Shown: positions 56,430-58,062 of the stretch, in pieces
Layout of the letters: each line of letters opens with the position of its first letter
Position numbering within the stretch: the stretch's first letter is position 1
Source: an uncultured virus (IMG/VR IMGVR_UViG_3300027741_000028)
Taxonomy: Duplodnaviria > Heunggongvirae > Uroviricota > Caudoviricetes
DNA length: 58,062 nucleotides
Direction: 5' to 3' (one strand)
IMG/VR virus record: IMGVR_UViG_3300027741_000028
Notes under the pieces: generated by a model
Told to the model about the DNA's origin: nothing
Seen by the model: the letters and a program-made list of their open reading frames with translations, nothing else
The model's database searches: none
Translations under genes and position numbers: made by a program

Positions 56430-57308
56430 TTAATCTTGTGCCAACTTGGCAAAATATGCCATGTCATCATCATCGGCCATTGCCATATCAGGTTCAGCTG
56501 CAGGTTTCTTAGGTGCAGACTTCATCTGTTCGACAGTAGTCTTAGTGATAGGTTTATCACCATTCAACCCTAGGACCTTTTCCAAACGGTCTTTCAGAGC
56601 ATCATAGGTCTTGAATTCTTTATCAGCAACCAATTCTGATAAAGCGTGTTCTGATTTCCAAACCTTTTCAAGTTCTTCATCGTCATCCAACAATGCTGAT
56701 GGAGATTCAAATTCAGACTTGTCATAGTTTTGGTAACCCTCAACTTTACGAATCTTCAACTTGAAGTTAGCACCTTTCCACAAATCAAATGGATTTATTG
56801 CTTGTTCATCTTCAAACTGAGGATTCATTGCTTCGGTAATCTTATCAAAGATTTTCTTACCGAATTTGAACAACATTACTTTACCTTCATTCTCAGGATG
56901 TTTTGGATCGCTGACAATGTATACGTTAGCAACATAATTCAATTTACGCTTTTGTTTGCGTACAATTTCTTTGTTAGCTTCAATGCCTGAATTCCACAAA
57001 GTAGAATTGTGTTCACACACAGGACATTGCTGATTCTTAGTAGTCAAGCAGTTGTCAATAAGCCAACCAGAAGGACCCTGAAAACCATGACCAAAGATTT
57101 TAACCCAAGGCAAACCATCTTCACCATCGGCTGGTGATGCTGGTAAGAATCGGATTGTTGCCATACCATTCCCTGCTTTGTCAACTTCGGGACGCCAGAA
57201 TTTCTCTTTGTCAGAGGCCCCTTCTGATGAAGCGTTAAGAGCTTCTACGGCTGTTTTGAGTTTGTCCAGATTGCCTGAACTCTTTTTCATTTTTGAAAAA
57301 TCTACCAT
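56430..57308 (-). CDS. gp32: Single-stranded DNA-binding protein
   Basis: GNGMATIRFLP, HGFQGP, NCLTT...CPVCE, NPFDLWKGANFKLK and acidic tail DDDDMAYFAKLA. Confidence 0.96.
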   Translation of the reverse strand: MVDFSKMKKSSGNLDKLKTAVEALNASSEGASDKEKFWRPEVDKAGNGMATIRFLPASPADGEDGLPWVKIFGHGFQGPSGWLIDNCLTTKNQQCPVCEHNSTLWNSGIEANKEIVRKQKRKLNYVANVYIVSDPKHPENEGKVMLFKFGKKIFDKITEAMNPQFEDEQAINPFDLWKGANFKLKIRKVEGYQNYDKSEFESPSALLDDDEELEKVWKSEHALSELVADKEFKTYDALKDRLEKVLGLNGDKPITKTTVEQMKSAPKKPAAEPDMAMADDDDMAYFAKLAQD

Positions 57309-57384
57309 TGTATTACCTTTCTAGTATTAACGGAGTATAAAATTTTATTAAACGGATTATCCACATTATTCATAATGTTCTTGT

Positions 57385-57413
57385 ATTCTAACACAGGCCT
57401 AAACCTGTGTCAA
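57385..57413 (-). promoter_or_regulatory. Sigma70-type promoter for gene 32 (TTGACA-N17-TAGAAT)
   Basis: -35 at 57408-57413, -10 at 57385-57390, exact 17-nt spacer and an A-rich UP-like tract upstream. Confidence 0.85.
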
Positions 57414-57434
57414 GAATTTTTTTAGTATATTTTA

Positions 57435-58062
57435 TTATTTGCTGTATGATTTAATTTTGCTTTTTAAGCCTTGTATATGTATTTTGTTGGCTTTACCAGA
57501 CTTAGTAACAGGTGCCTTGCTGCGGCTTGCCAATTTATCAGATCCATATGTATGATTAGCTCTAGGATAATGCATTTTACCTGCGCCAGATTCTAAATCT
57601 TTAGCAAATTTTTCACCATGGTATTTCTTTGCACGAGCCACAACTTTATCAGAGTCAGCTTTACCTTCACCCTCAGGATCAGTAGCAGACCTCATTGCAC
57701 TAACATAAGCTGCTTTAGGAAGAGCTTCAAGAACTTGTTGAATTTCTTCAGCAAGACCAATAAGAGTAGCAATATCATCTTCATCATAGTCATATGATTC
57801 TGAAATTAACTGGTCCCAGTCTTCCTTAACTAATCCAGCACACTCTGTAATATTTGTTCCTTTACCAGCCATCTTGTTCTTTACCAAATGTTGTTTTATG
57901 GATTGTTTTTCTTCATCAGAATGATGTGTCTGGAAAATAAGTCCACGATTTACATGATTATGAACTTCAAATTTGCTAGGTTTTGAATTGTCCTTATGTT
58001 GAACAGTTCCTTTGTGTACCAATGTATCCATTCCAACATGCTCTCCTTTATGAAAACCTTCT
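57435..58062 (-). CDS. Hypothetical His/Lys-rich protein, probably 5'-truncated by the window
   Basis: The frame stays open above the track ATG (EGFHKGEHVG-MDTL...) to the window edge; basic segments flank an acidic one. Confidence 0.65.
   Translation of the reverse strand, partial: EGFHKGEHVGMDTLVHKGTVQHKDNSKPSKFEVHNHVNRGLIFQTHHSDEEKQSIKQHLVKNKMAGKGTNITECAGLVKEDWDQLISESYDYDEDDIATLIGLAEEIQQVLEALPKAAYVSAMRSATDPEGEGKADSDKVVARAKKYHGEKFAKDLESGAGKMHYPRANHTYGSDKLASRSKAPVTKSGKANKIHIQGLKSKIKSYSK

Noticed and set aside
463..56990. Many short antisense or alternate-frame ORFs in the track (e.g. 3334-3657 +, 12743-12979 +, 25664-26023 -, 54384-54743 -)
   Set aside because: They lie wholly within well-supported genes and are shadows of biased codon usage.
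1..58062. Stop-codon reassignment, tRNA or rRNA genes
   Set aside because: Genes are full length and tightly packed under the standard code, and no intergenic gap shows a cloverleaf or rRNA-like sequence.

Overview
A 58-kb, AT-rich segment of a T4-like (Tevenvirinae/Kyanoviridae-style) myophage genome covering most of the late morphogenesis region. The minus strand carries baseplate genes (gp48, gp53, gp27-like, a gp5 split into separate genes, gp25, gp6, gp7-like, gp8, a 2312-aa DUF4815/VrlC-like protein), a ~20-kb island of fibre/adhesin-like genes, neck genes gp13-gp14 with a free-standing HNH endonuclease between them, gp15, three inserted genes, gp16 and gp17 (cut by the window edge). 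A plus-strand block holds gp4, gp2, gp54-like, gp26, gp51 and two tape-measure-like genes, converging on gp32. The main signals are: a T_TTT_TTC slippery site predicted to fuse gp26 to gp51 by -1 frameshifting; gp14 apparently starting at AUU behind the HNH gene; a three-gene, lysozyme-less gp5 locus; apparently leaderless late mRNAs; a frameshifted fibre gene; duplicated fibre/tip cassettes; and a DnaA-box match in the gene 32 leader. All assignments come from motif recognition and synteny, not from database searches.
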